Of a stretch of DNA of 64,000 nt, positions 40,050-53,339 are shown piece by piece. Under the pieces are notes generated by a model. It did not search any database. It had not been told where the DNA came from and saw only the letters and a list, made by a program, of their open reading frames with translations. The DNA lies in contig OX597816.1 of the NCBI GenBank assembly GCA_951406725.2, positions 105,896,001 through 105,960,000 on the forward strand, written 5' to 3'. This stretch comes from Octopus vulgaris (lineage: Eukaryota). The position numbers were made by a program, and so were the translations under genes. The number at the start of each line of letters is the position of its first letter. Within the stretch, counting starts at the first letter, position 1.

Positions 40050-40730
40050 ATTTTCTTTGAAATTTCAGCATCCATATCTCAGTACATATTCACCGTGTGC
40101 CCAAATTAAATGTACTCCATTAATTCCTCGATTTCATTGCTTTCCACCTCTGTTCAGCTTTGTGTTATATCTTCTGACTGCACTTATTTTGTTTTCATGT
40201 GATTTGTTTTAAGAAGTTCTGTTCAGCTCTGAGTGTCCAGCTCTGTCAGTGTGGTCTGCAGCTGGTCTGTGGTTTCATTCATGGGTACAATGTCATCTGA
40301 GCAATGGAAGTGTGCTAGTTGCTCACTATTGATGTTCACACCATTTGTCCAGTCAATATCCTTGATGATCACTTCTAGATATGCTATAAAGACCTTTGGA
40401 GCAATAGTATCTCTTTGCTTGACACCCTTCTCAAATGGGACCCTTGCTGGTGGTGATGGCAGAGATATATATGTTGTACATCCAGGCTTGCATTTTCAGA
40501 AATTTCAACACTATGTTCATCTGAATGCTATCAAAAGGTCTTTTCATAATCAACAAAAGCAATACACAGAGGGAGCTAGTATTCATTCACTCATTCTATG
40601 GGCTGTGTCAGAGTGAATAAAGTGAATATGTGATTTCTCAAACTATAGTTATTACAGAAACTTGTTTGCTCTCTCAGCTATTGGCCATTGAAGTGTTTTG
40701 ATAGTTTGATGACTATGATCTTTGTATACA
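40050..40730 (-). mobile_element. RTE LINE RT segment (inverted 5' part)
   Basis: - strand: FVDYEKTF..KGVKQRDTIAPKVFIAYLEVIIKDIDWTNGVNINSEQLAHFHCSDDIV...GHTVNMY*DMDAEISK. Confidence 0.85.
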
Positions 40731-40734
40731 GATT

Positions 40735-41240
40735 ATTGATGGAAAGCATTTAACTCAATAGAGGATGTCCTCAAAACAAAGTTGGACAATACCATACATA
40801 ACAGACTCTTCAATAGCATCGTCCTACCTGCACTTTTATACACAGATGTGGACTACTACAAAAAGGACAGAACATCAATTGATTATAATGCAAAGGGCCA
40901 TGGAAGGATCCATGCTAGGACTATCATTACAAGAGCCATTCAAAATGAGATAATTCAAGAATGGAACAAACAACAATGTGATCACAGAGTACTGAAAGCA
41001 CAAGTTCCACTGGGTTGGACATGCCGCAAGGTTCATAGATAACAAGTGGACTTGTGCAGTGGCCAAGTGGTATCCAAGAGATCACAAAATGCCACATGGA
41101 AGGTTTCCATCATGATGGGAAGATAATTTAGTTAAGCAATTTGGGTCAAGATGGAAAAGAAAAGCACACTGAAAACAGAATTAGAAGCACATTGTGACTA
41201 GCAGTGTACAACAGCATCTGATAGTCTGGTTGGTACTCTG
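40735..41240 (+). mobile_element. RTE LINE 3' part (continuation of the inverted segment)
   Basis: WKAFNSIEDVLK.KLDNTIHNRLFNSIVLPALLY..WTTTK..QRAMEGSMLG..HWVGHAARFIDNKWT..WYPRDHK..GR..WED. Confidence 0.85.
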
Positions 41241-42967
41241 ATATGTTCTATTAGATCACACTATTTTGGCTTTCTAATCTGTTAAAATAGATGTAACCTA
41301 ATAGTAAGCTGTGTACAATCCTTATCAAATCTAGTCAATGTATCTGCCTTTCTTCACCCTCCCATGCCTACTGTGTATCATAGTCCAAGATCCATACCAA
41401 ATATTTTTTCTTAATTTTTTTCCTTTCCTGAACTAAAAATTTCTCAAACTCCTTTCCTGCTCAACTAATCAATTACAGAGAGAATCCATCTAAAAGACAC
41501 CAATATAGTTTCCATTGGCCCAGTTTCTCTCATTTATGTATGGATCAACCTGGTATACAGAAAATGATTTTTGCCTAAGATACCATGCAGTGGGATTGAA
41601 CATGAGACCTCATAGTTGCAAAGCTAAATTCTTGAAGAGACCAGTTTATACAGGCAGTAAGCCCCAAGTCAACTTTGATTGAGCAGTCTTATGATCAAAA
41701 GCATTCCAGTTCCAACAATTTTATCTAATTATATTTTTTTCAGGCACAGTGCATAAGAAGCTCATAATCCAATGTGTTTTTGCTTTTGTATGACAGCAGG
41801 GCATTAGATAGTTTATGCTACTCAAGATATGAAGTTGTCATCACAAAATTAACACTGAAGGTAGAAATATGGATGAATATAGTTGTACATGTTATCATCA
41901 CACTCAAATATTTGCTATCTCTAAAGACTTCTACACTGTTACTTTGATAGTTGTAAACTCCACTTTCTATGTAGGCAAAAAGATGTATGAACTGCAGCAG
42001 CTTTGGAAAATTTGTCAGAGAATTTAGAATTTCTGGTTTAAAATTTTAATGATGATGATAGCAGCTCGCAGCTCACAAAGACAATGAAGAAAGAAATTAT
42101 GAGTTGAGGAGAATGACTCAGCACTGCTCATTCATCAGCTGCCAAAGAACATTTGCTTTAAGTACAAGTTTGAGAATGTCAGTTACTTTGTCAACAGTCC
42201 ATTTGGAACTACCTATAATTAATGCCATAGGTATCAATTGAAATCCCATTAACAGTACATAATCCTGATCTACATCAACTGTTATATAAAGCTATTGGAA
42301 ATATCTATTCAACCTTATTAGCAAATGAATTAGTAGCAGTATACTGTGTCAATTACAACCAACTATATGATGTTGGTACCTGAAATAGCCAACTATTTGA
42401 ATCATTAAAAAAATTTCAATGCCACCTCTTTGCTGCTATCCTAAAATAGGAGAATCATAATTGGAATGTCTTTGATCATAAGTCTACTCAATCAGAATTA
42501 AACTGGAGCTAACTAGAACTAAAACAACTAAAAAAAAAAAAAATAAAGAATCCTTGCCCATTATTCTAAAAAAAAGTTTTCAACCAAAGCCATTTAGTTG
42601 TCCAAAGAAATGAATGAGTTTTTCCAGAATGTTAAGCAGACACTAGCAGACTTAACTGCTTTTATCATTCTAACCTTAAGTTGCCCACATTTGATATCTC
42701 CAGTGTCACCATTAATGCAATATTAAAACATTTACAAAGGATAAACCACAGTAACCATTAGCATTCTTAAAACAGTAATTCTAAGCTCTATGCCTTTCTT
42801 ATCTTTTCCAATTCTGGTTACAATACAGAAAGTGATATTTTCCATAAAAACCAACCACAAGTCATGTAAGTGTCTAAATCTACAAGATGTTTTTAATAAA
42901 ACTTCATTTTGTAGGACTATTAGCCTCGTCTTATTTTCAGGGAAGAAAAATGTTTTAATAATTACAT

Positions 42968-43114
42968 CTTGTGTGTTAAGAAGCTTGCTTCCCAACCACA
43001 TAGTTCCAGATTCAGTCCCACTGCATGGCACCTTGGGCAAGTGTCTTCTACTATAGCCTCAGGCTGACCAAAGCTTTGTGAGTGGATTTGGTATATGGAA
43101 ACTGAAAAAAGCCT

Positions 43115-43156
<42 letters not shown>

Positions 43157-43360
43157 TTGTGCATTTGTGTTTGTCCTCCCACCATCACTTGACAACCGAT
43201 GTTGGTATGTTTACATACCCATAACTTAGCAGTTTGGCACAAGAGACTAATAGAATAAGTACTAGGCTTACAAAGAATAACTCCTGAGGTCGATACATTC
43301 AACTAAAAGCAGTGCTCCAGCATAGCTGCAGTCAAATGACTGAAATAAGTTGAAGAATAC
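42968..43360 (+). mobile_element. tRNA-derived SINE (family 1) with internal (TA)n
   Basis: Colinear with 34180-34578; tail GCAGTGCTCCAGCATAGCTGCAGTCAAATGACTGAAATAAG. Confidence 0.88.
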
Positions 43361-43524
43361 CATATTTCAATCAGAGATTATGCCAAACAAAATGCAGAAT
43401 AAACGTAAATATTGAAAAATCTTTCATCGTTAAAAATGAAGTTAATAGTACTAAAAATTACAATCTTAATCATAGACACTTACTTTTGCTAAATCAAAGG
43501 CATCAGACATTTAGTCCATACATC

Positions 43525-43760
43525 TCTCACCCTTGATACGGCCTGTCTCTCTTTTCTTCACACCAAACTATGAAGCTCAATCTTTCAACTCCAAAACCTT
43601 CGCTATCAAGAATCTCCTTCCTTCTCATGTCTTTCCAGCAGATGTTGATTTTAAATGGAACATCAATGACATTAACCTTACTGGTCTTAAAGAACTCACA
43701 AGCATCATGGTCTCTGACCATTCTTCCAGAATGGCAAGTGAAAAGAAAAAGAAAAGGAAC
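43525..43760 (+). mobile_element. Probable jockey/CR1-like LINE 3' end relic with A-rich tail
   Basis: + frame NYEAQSFNSKTFAIKNLLPSHVFPADVDFKWNINDINLT resembles the LINE terminal SF.PRT..WN.LP..VFP...FK.NIN motif and 26870-27000. Confidence 0.5.
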
Positions 43761-45614
43761 ATCCAAGTTTACCACTAAAAATATATTACTGAGAAAGAAA
43801 ATTCTATTGTGACTTGCTGTTTATGATAATAAACATGGTGAAATTTGTTAGATGGATACTGTACAGAAGTCTGTTACATGAGGGGTATGGGTGTGCACAC
43901 ACACACACACACACAAACGTGTGTGTGTGTATGAGTGTTTTTTCCTCACATCATCACAGTAATGTAATGCTTACTCTCCCATAAACATAACATCCAATAT
44001 CTTGGGAGTTTTGATGATTTTGATATGTAATGACCAATGAAATGAAAATACCTTCCATGGAAAATAGGTGAGGGTCAGTAGCTTCTGACTATAGAAAACT
44101 GCCTCAATAAGTCCCATCTAACCCACACCTACATGAAAAAAAAACTAAAAACAATGATAATGAGGAGAAGGAGAGAATGCCCAAATATACAAGAATAACT
44201 AAGTGAATAACTAAAAAATAAACAAGAACAACCAACAAAGTAACAAATAAACATAATTATTCTGTGAGGATGCATTCAACGTTTTGGATTGTGGTTCTTT
44301 GTCAAGAAAAGAAAGAGAACAGGGATGACAAACAGGAAAACAATATCAAGTGTGCCATGAAGTTGCATGATGAAATGGCAGAAGTGGCGCAGAACATGGT
44401 TTCAGAAAGGAAAATGGTAGTTGAGGGAGATAAGCATCAGAATGAGACATGTAGTATGTGTAAGCATGTTATGTATGGGGGAGTGAGAAAATGAGAAAGT
44501 GTAAGAAGTCAAATGTGTGGGGAGTTGGTTGTACATCTGTGAGCAAGTGGGTTGTGCATGAATGTGCATAGCGGGAAGATGTGAATATGGCATAGTGCTG
44601 AATGAGTGGTGTGAGTTGATACAATGAAGTATTGCCTGGGTAGTATGAACAATAATACATAAAAGAGTGGGATGTAATGTGTAGGGGGAATAGGTTTATG
44701 TGTGAATGGAATGAAGTAACAGTGTGTGAATGAGTGGATATGATGAACTGCTCTATGAGTGTATGGTAGAGGCATAGTGGTGTGTGTTGAGGTGGGGAGC
44801 AGGACAATTTGAAGTGCATATGAAAGCAGTTATTGTTGTGTGAGGGAACTTTTCTGAAAAGGCATTGTTTTTAAAAACAAAAATGCAGCCCGATTATAGC
44901 TGAGGCAACTATGTTTAAAGTGGAAAATTATTTTGTGTTCATAATGCAAGCAGGAAATGGGACTTCTATTATATTGAATAATCCCATAGACAGCAAGACA
45001 AAGGTAGATCTGGCCTGGAGAATTGAAGTGACAAGTCTACTTCAGTTAGCTCTCACTCTTGCTAGAAGACCCCATCCTACCTACTTCTGCTGTACCCATT
45101 TTCATTGTCATTTCACCATGTTACCCCTCTTCTCTATTCTTTGCTTTACAACAAACCTCCATTTGGAATATTGAATTCTCCTCCTTTTCCACAAGGTAAT
45201 TAATTATACTTTTGCTATTTTGCTTTGTTTTTCTCTGCTTGATTCTCTACAGGTTTGACTTTACATGGATATTCTATTACCATAGAAATGTAGATATCTC
45301 AGATTGCCATTAAATACGAAGCTTACTTTGACAATAATGTATGAAGTGCATTCCAGAAGTTTTAAGACTTTTTTTAGGTGAAGCAACAGTAATTGTCTTA
45401 GATAACTGTAATTTTGGTATATCATTACTATACATCTAAGAAACTGACTCGTCAACTTTCATTATTCCAGATTGAATGAGATGTCTGTAACAGAACTTTG
45501 AATACATCCTATTAAACCTTACTTATCACAGCTAACTAGTTTGCAGAATGTAGTCAAGATGTTTGGAAGCTTACTATCCAACAAAGTTTTGTGTTATACT
45601 AGGTAAAAATACTC

Positions 45615-45870
45615 CAGAAACATGAAATGCTCCAGACTGCTTGCGGATCAACGTTTTCACTGACACAAGAGGTTGAAGGACAACAGAGCAGAAATGAGAG
45701 ATGATGAGAGGTGTGGAAGGGAGAGGGATATCAGAAGATCAGAGCTGCTTGAGAAAACTTGTAATTTTCTGGGTGAAGAACATTGTGTTTCTATAAAGGC
45801 AGTAAGCATGCAGCTTGGCGTTTGAGTAGCAACTGTACACAGAATTATTCATAAAGATCAGAATGTTCAA
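45615..45870 (+). mobile_element. mariner transposase N-terminal (HTH) fragment
   Basis: MLQTACG..FH*HKRLKDNRAEMRDDERCGRERDIR...VATVHRIIHKDQ. Confidence 0.65.
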
Positions 45871-46477
45871 AATTTGTTCAAAATTCACCCAAGGCTTAAT
45901 CCCCAAGGCTTAATCCCCAAGTCATCCATCCTCTACAAAACAATCATGCTTGCATCGCACCACAACACTAAGACAGAACTAGTTCACCTCAACTGGCCCT
46001 GCTCACTTTAACATCATGCCAAGACACATTAGGGAAGGAAAGGCTCTCATAACATTGAAATGGCTCTTAAACGAATACCACCAACAAACTCAAGATAAAC
46101 CAGCTATACCTGGATATATCACTGCAAGCAATAACTCTTTACTCATATGAGTTATGGTTCCCAAAGAATAGTTGTTATATGAAACATCATTAAAAGTCTT
46201 TTACAAAAGTGATACAATTAATTTAGTCATGATTTGGGGCCAATTCTGGTTGAAAGATATCTAACTATATAAGCTTATTTTTATTTGTATAAAAGCTATG
46301 TATGTGTATGTTGTGTGAGTGTGTGTGTGTGTGTGCATGTCACACACGCCCACACACCTACATATATCTATAAACAACATACATAAATATAAAAGAGATT
46401 CTTATATATAAATAAATATATAGATAACAAGGAAAGCTAAAAACATTGAGCAAAATTAAATCACTAGAAATGCCTTC

Positions 46478-46745
46478 TTTTTTAAGCCTTGTGCTTATTT
46501 TATTTGTCTCTTTTGCCAAACTGCTAAATTATGGGGACATAAACACACCAGCACCAGTTGTTAAGCAGTGGTGGGGGACAAACACACACATATGCACACA
46601 AACACACACACACACACATGATAAGCTCCTTTCAGTCTCTGTTTACCAAATCCATTTACAAGACTAAAGTCAGCCCAAGGCTATAGTAGAAGTCACTTGC
46701 CCAAGACATTACACAATGAGATTGAACCCAGAAATATGCTTGCAC
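46478..46745 (-). mobile_element. SINE (family 1), partial
   Basis: TCTCTTTTGCCAAACTGCTAAATTATGGGGACATAAACAC...CCAAATCCA...GCTATAGTAGAAGTCACTTGCCCAAG is the reverse complement of the family-1 body. Confidence 0.75.
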
Positions 46746-49108
46746 CTTTATATATTCTTGAGAATAAAATGTTTCTTTCTGTTTATAAAAACTTGTCTGT
46801 AAAAGTATATAAGAATTATGATGAAATATGGCAGCAAAATATATACAGTGAATAGAAACAACACGAAGTGACTGAGTTAAGAGTGGTTTTATGTGAACTT
46901 ATGAAAAAGGAATGTTATAAAGGAATTGGAAAAGAAATTAACTAATGTATGAAGGACAGAGAACTGCATTGTTAGGATATATGATTAGTGCAAAAGCTTG
47001 ACACCTGCCAGTTAAAGAAAAGACAGAAATATAACATAATTTATTACATAACTTTCACAGACATATGTACGTAGCATTAACATCCTTAAAATTAATATTA
47101 AAGAAAATAAATGTTAAAGAAACAGAAAAGTTTTTAAATGAAGTAGTTGGCTTGTGATAAAGGACAAAATTTACATAGGTAAGCAGTAAGAAAATAAAGA
47201 AAGAAAAAATAACAACAAAAGGAAATTAGTAAATAGATAATCAAAATAGAGATACGCTCATTGCCTTTATTATAGGTGTTCCCCTTTAAGAAATTCATAT
47301 ATCATTTGAAACTCCAGATATCTTAGCATATGATTCCAAGTCAGTGGTACTAGAACAGTGAGGTACCCTTCTGTGCACCAGCTAAGGTGTTAGTGAGGTG
47401 AAATGTTAACGAAATAAAAAAAATCTCCCTTGTCAGTAGTTTTATACTATTGATATAGTATAAAACACAAAAAAAGAGAATCAGTGAGAGAAGCTGAGAG
47501 AGATTGGTTTGAGAGACAACTTTGCTGATACTGGTGTATAACGTGAATTTTTTATGTATTTTGGGTGAAAATATGTTGTGAGATTGCAGAAGAGGATAGA
47601 TAAGAGTAGATCAAAAGAAAGCATTGTATTTGATTGCAAAATGAAACCATAAAAGGTTGGAGCTTATGAATGATATGAAGTAGAATAAAAATATGAAGAA
47701 ATTTAGCATTGGAGACTCAAGAAATCTTGGAAGCATGAAAAAAATGTGTCATGGTGGTGGTAGCATCCATGGTGATAGTGATGATGGGGATGGTGATGAT
47801 GATGAGAGGAAGAGGAAGAGTGAAAATAAAAAGTGAAGCATACATAATAAAATATGAGAAAAATATCAGACTGATATATAATTCAATTTGTGTAATTTTA
47901 TTTTCATTATTATTTATTTAGAACATATCACTTCATTGATTGGGTAGAATTAATATAATATTCTGTTTAAAAGAAGAATGACTTTCTTTTCTTTTTTCCT
48001 TTCTTTTTTTTTCCGATTTTTTGTTGTTTTGAACTACAGAAACCCAGTCAGTTTTCTTCTCCAGCAAAACCATTCAAAGTTTCAATTAAATCAAGTTTTA
48101 GATTAAATTTGTAGCATACATACTCTTTTAGAATCAATTTAAAACAACATTGCTTTTCAGTTGACACCATTCTCAATCTATGTAACTTTACTTGATAATT
48201 TATCTATTGGTGTTAATCACAGTCTTTGACAATCAAAACAGCAGCATTCCAAATAAAAGCAAGTAGCAATTTATCTAGACAAATACTGATTGTAAGTAAT
48301 TAGTCAGAGTATAAAAGAGTAGTTCAGTCTTCAGTCTATCAACCGATTCTGAGCTGCTGTAACAAAAAAAGTTAATTGCTATGATAGCAATCAAACACAG
48401 ACAGATTTTAAGCAAAAGTAAAGAGATTAATGTTATCCCAACACAAAAAAAAAACACACACACACTCTGTGTAGCTAGGTGGATAAGGTGCCAAACTGTA
48501 AACTCAAATTTCATGAGTTAAAATTCAATCATGTCAATGATGAGGTGCATTATTTGACATAAATTAGTGATTCAAGGTAAAAATATATACCATTTACACT
48601 ATATAGCTGAGTAATTAGTATTAGGAAGGATATCCAAATATAAAATATTCAAAACAATAATCCACATAAATGTCTTAATATGCAGAACTATCTAATCTAT
48701 TAAACTGCTATAATAGAAAACAAATTAACTCATCCTACTTTTTGTATTGTTTTTAAAACCTAGCTTTGGTTAAAACAAAAATAAATGCAAATTTTATTCA
48801 GAAAATATTCAATAAATTTTTCTTTCATTTTTCTTTTTAAGTTGAAATATGGAAGGTGCATTCCTGATATCATAAATGCACTCTCTATATACTATCAGTC
48901 TATGATTTTGAAGCTATTCTACATGCTATGATTACATTTCTTAATGTAATTAATAAAACATTATAAATTAGCTTAAATGATGATTAGCAACTCTATAATT
49001 TTTATATATAACTATAAGAGACTGCCCTCTGAACAATTTTCTGCTGGTATATTTCATGTCTGCTTGTATGAAACTACTATGATATTCATATCTGCCATTA
49101 TGTGTACA

Positions 49109-49160
<52 letters not shown>

Positions 49161-49764
49161 CATGACAATTACCAATGTAGATATGAGGCAACACCAGCAT
49201 ATTGTTATATGGATGCATTATTATTTATTTAGAAACTATCACTTCATTGATTGGGTAGAATCAAAGTACCTCAGAATACATGGTGGAGAAGAATGTTGTT
49301 TGTCCAGTTTTAACTTCCCCTCAAAGTAACATTGAGGTTTCAATTCAAGAGGCTATCTGTAAGATTTGCAGTGTGAGCAAACATTGTCAAACATTATGTG
49401 GGTGTTTAACAAACAGGATAGCCTGTTCTTGAAAGTCATCAAAATTGGCATTCATTGCTAATCCTTTAAAAAACTTGTTCCTAGTTTCAAAAATTTCTCA
49501 TCTATTCTCCTGCTGTACATACTTGGTTTAGTCTCTCAGCATCCTTTTTGTTTATGCTGCTGTTAATGTTTGTATCTCATTACTATTTGCATGAGATATT
49601 TGTCTGCATATCCTGGCCATTTGATAACACTTAGCACCTAAATATTCTCAGACTGTGAAAGCTAGCTCAATATATCATTTTGAAGTAGATTATTGTCTTC
49701 TTGACATACCCTAGCCTATCTGTCATGTGTTCCAGAAACAGACTTATATCCTTCACCCTTACAT

Positions 49765-50949
49765 CAGAGATCACCACACTACAGCCTGCAGGCCAGATCC
49801 AGCCTGTGAGGTCAGTTCATCTGGCCTGCCGCTGACCTGTACCTATTTTGTAAATGCCTGCAATGAGAGTTCATTCCTGAAGTGATCATGTTTAACATGC
49901 ATTGCCATGTTTAAACCTGTTCCAGCCTTTTCTTGAAGAAATTGATTCTGAATTCTGTGAATTGCCTTATCACACAGCAGTGAGGTGGCTCAGCTGTGGC
50001 AAAGTTCTGTTTCATTTTTATAAGCTCTGAAGAGAAATAGATATCTTTCTCACCGAAAAGGATAGACCTGATCCACCTCTGTCAGATCCTACCTGGCTGT
50101 CGAAGTTGTTGTTTTTGATTGACATCACATCCCACATGAATGAATTGAACTTGAAACTTCAGGGAAAGGATAACCTTATCTGTGATCTTTACAGACTCAT
50201 CAAAGGATTTCTAAAAAAGCTATCACTCTTTGAAGAACAAATGGAAGGAGGAAATTTCTCTCATTTCAGTTTCAAAGAGTTTTGAAGAAGATTGTTCGTG
50301 ACTTAAATAAGCAATTTTTGGAGAGATTTTCAGATCTCGACAGAATTGAGAATGACATTCTTCTGTTCCAGAAACTATTTGATTGTAACCTTGATGATGT
50401 GCCAGTTGAACTACAGTTGGAGGTCATTGATTTGCAAGCAACTGACTTGTTGAAAGAGAAGCACAGAAGAGGAAAACTTGTTGAATGTTATCGCTGCTTA
50501 CCTGATGATGAGTTTTCAAAGTTGAAGAAATTTGCCTCTGGTATGGTATCAGTGTTTGGAACAACTTATGTCTGTGAGCAAATATTTTAAAAAATGAAGT
50601 ATGTGAATTCAGCACATTGAATGAGGTTGACTGATGAACATTTGAAAGCAATTCTTTTGGCTGGATGCAGCAATTCCAAAGCAAATATTGGTGATATCTT
50701 AAAAGCTAAACACCTGTTTCACAAATCTCATTAACCATTTTTGCTGCTTAGTTTGTGAGATTCAGATATGTGTGCACTGGGTGTAATATAACTATCTTAT
50801 TGCTAACATCACCTTTGATAACATTTTGGTAAATAAATATATTGGTTTGTCTTTATTTTTTGTGCATTCACTGCAAAATGATTATGCAGCCCACGCTCAT
50901 CATTCTCTCAGTTATCTGGCCCACTGTGAAAAAAGTTTGGTGACCTCTG
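49765..50949 (+). mobile_element. hAT-superfamily element (Charlie/SPIN-type), internally deleted
   Basis: TIRs CAGAGATCACCACACT / AGTTTGGTGACCTCTG, decayed 8-bp TSD CCTTACAT / CCCTGCAT. Confidence 0.85.
49910..50734 (+). pseudogene. hAT transposase C-terminal half (SPIN/GTF2IRD2/EPM2AIP1-like)
   Basis: LPYHTAVRWLSCGKVL, FLIDITSHMNELNLKLQGK, LQLEVIDLQ, VFGTTYVCEQIF*KMKYV...RLTDEHL...FHKSH*. Confidence 0.88.
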
Positions 50950-51136
50950 CCCTGCATTTGTTTCAGTCATTTTGCCCCTGTTTTCTCTTATTCAGTTGCC
51001 CTTCACCCATTCTGTTGTTGTGCCTTTGTTGCCAACCATTCTGTTTTAATTGCACATTTTTTTGGTTGGCCCATGCTGAATTGAAAAAACTCTAATGTGG
51101 AAACATGCAGCTCAGTATATATATATATTGTACTAT

Positions 51137-52440
51137 TGTAGTATGATAAATAAGCTAAACAATATCAATATATTACCTATCAGTGGAGGAATGAAGGGAG
51201 GTGTGGATGGAAAAGTGATGACAGGACCAGAAGCAAGGGGAAGTGATGTCATAATAAGAAGTGGGGTCTTCAAACAGTCACTTTCTTTGCTGGGGTGTTG
51301 AACACAACAGACAGGTTGAAGAAATTGTTATAGGTAAGTAGTCCTTTCTGGCTAAGCTCAGCTAGAGTGCACATATGAGTATGACTATTGAATTTTACTG
51401 GTTCATGTGACCTTAAGTTTGGATATGCTATTGCCAATTGTATCTCAAAGTAAGAGCAACTTTATTTGTACCTTACAAATATAAGCTATTTCAGCACACC
51501 GTGTACCTCTGTGAAAATATACTAGTTGTTTTTTTTCTTCTTTTGCTCCTGTCTTTTCTACTGCTGACACACAATGGCTACAAAAATTAGGATCAGTAGT
51601 GAAGTCTTGAGACCATTTGCTGGGGAAGATGATGTGGTGGCCTGGATATAAAAGGTGAAACTTGTGGTGAAGTTGCAGAGTATTAAAGATGTGGCTAGTC
51701 TTGTGTCACTTTACCCTGAGGGAAGTGCATTAAATCTGTACTTGAGATGAACAAAGCAGTCATGTGGGGGAGATCAGGAGGATAGCAGGGTTAGCAAGGT
51801 TTATTGGAGTAGTGATGTAGTAAATAGTGAGGTTGCCTTTTGTGACAAGATTCTCTGATCACATCTCAGTGCATTTGCAGCACAAATGCTGGACATCAAC
51901 ACAATGCTAGCAGGAGACCTGAAGGACAAAATGCAAGTGTTGACACAAAACACACACAATGCAGTGGCAACAGTGACAGCAGATATGAGTAGGATAAAGA
52001 GGTAGGTAGCAACTAGTAACAATAGGAGCATATCAAACAGATGGCTAAGGGACCATGCTTTAGGTGTTTGGGTCCACACATGGTCAGGGAATGCATAGAA
52101 CCAAAACCGGGAGTGATGTGTTACTGATGTGCACTGCTAGTTCTCCCCATTCCTGACTGAAGATGCACCAGCATTAGTTGCTTGTAATAAGGATTCTGGT
52201 GGGGGCAAGGGAAGCACGAGCTCAATAACCCTGGTGCTCAATAATCCTGGTTGCTCAATAACCCTGGTGACTGCAAGAATGGTCGAAGGCTGAGAGGAAA
52301 CACCAGCTTCAGTGCAGTGGATGACAAAGAGTCAAGTGTAGGGGCGTCTGTGAAGTGGAGGCACAAGGGACGATGAAGAAGCTGCAGTGATTGTAGTCAA
52401 TGAGATGGTGGACAGTGTCGCCATAATGGTGAGATTGTGG
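51137..52440 (+). mobile_element. Gypsy-like LTR retrotransposon relic (putative LTR, gag, zinc knuckle)
   Basis: FAGEDDVVAWI*KVKLVVKLQSIKDVASLVSLYPEGSALNLY (gag-like), CFRCLGPHMVRECIEPKPGVMCY*C (CCHC knuckle); TG-start of a putative LTR at 51137; GC higher than flanks. Confidence 0.65.
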
Positions 52441-53339
52441 AACAACACCATCATACAATCCCAGTTTCCCACACATCAAGACCAGCCCTCACCTATTTAT
52501 ATCCGGGCACTGGTCTAGGATCTTGTTTCCTCTCTGAAACACAAACCCACTCACTTTGGCTCTTTCAAGCCTGAGCCCCAGCATTGTGTCTCCTTCTATA
52601 GCTTCTAGTGCAATCATTATCTCAGATATGAGAAGAGCTCTGAGAGGATTTTGTTCTTTTCTAGTTTCTGCTTTACTGCACCATTTTGCACGAATAACTG
52701 AAATTGATCAGCGTTGACCAAATATATTTCAAGGTAGCTTAACATTTAATAAATCTATAATTTTAATTAACAAATCTATAATCAGTTTGAAAAGTTGACA
52801 GGTATTACTGTAGGCATAAAGTTGGTCATCACCATAATTTACCATATCAGACAAAAACATGCTATCCTTTGCAAAATGTAAAGCATAATTTAAAAATTTA
52901 TCTACAACATTAGACTACTTAATCTTCTAGTAATTAGATAATCTCATTTAATTATTTCTAAATCTACTCATTAATAGATTAGCATCAATTAAATCCTTCA
53001 ATAAATACATTATCAATAATCTAGATAAAAACATAACAAGATTATGAATCATATAAATCAATAGATAAGTATAGAGCAATTTAAATCTGTGGATAAATAG
53101 ATTAATATAATTGCAAATCTAGAAAACAAATTGACATTTGAAAAATTTACCCTGTTCCAAAAATATTTTCTATTCTATAAAAATCCTTAAACTTCTTTGT
53201 ACCAAATTTTATGATTTTGCAATGAGTAACAAAACAATCTTCTAAATAAGATGCTGTGAGTACTGGACTACTGACCATATGGTCACTAGTCCAAATCTTA
53301 CAATTGTTACCTTGCTGTGGCTATGATAAAGCCACATGT

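Noticed and set aside
45888-45920. Short direct repeats as a CRISPR-like array (also 52221-52269)
   Set aside because: Adjacent tandem duplications without spacers, in eukaryotic context with no cas genes.
45325-49355. Additional - strand exon candidates at ~45325-45435, ~48290-48357 and ~49270-49352
   Set aside because: Splice-like dinucleotides are present but frames are ambiguous and peptides unrecognisable; expected by chance in AT-rich DNA.
50282-50590. ORF resembling host GTF2IRD2/EPM2AIP1
   Set aside because: Lies inside hAT TIRs with stops and frameshifts; a transposon relic.
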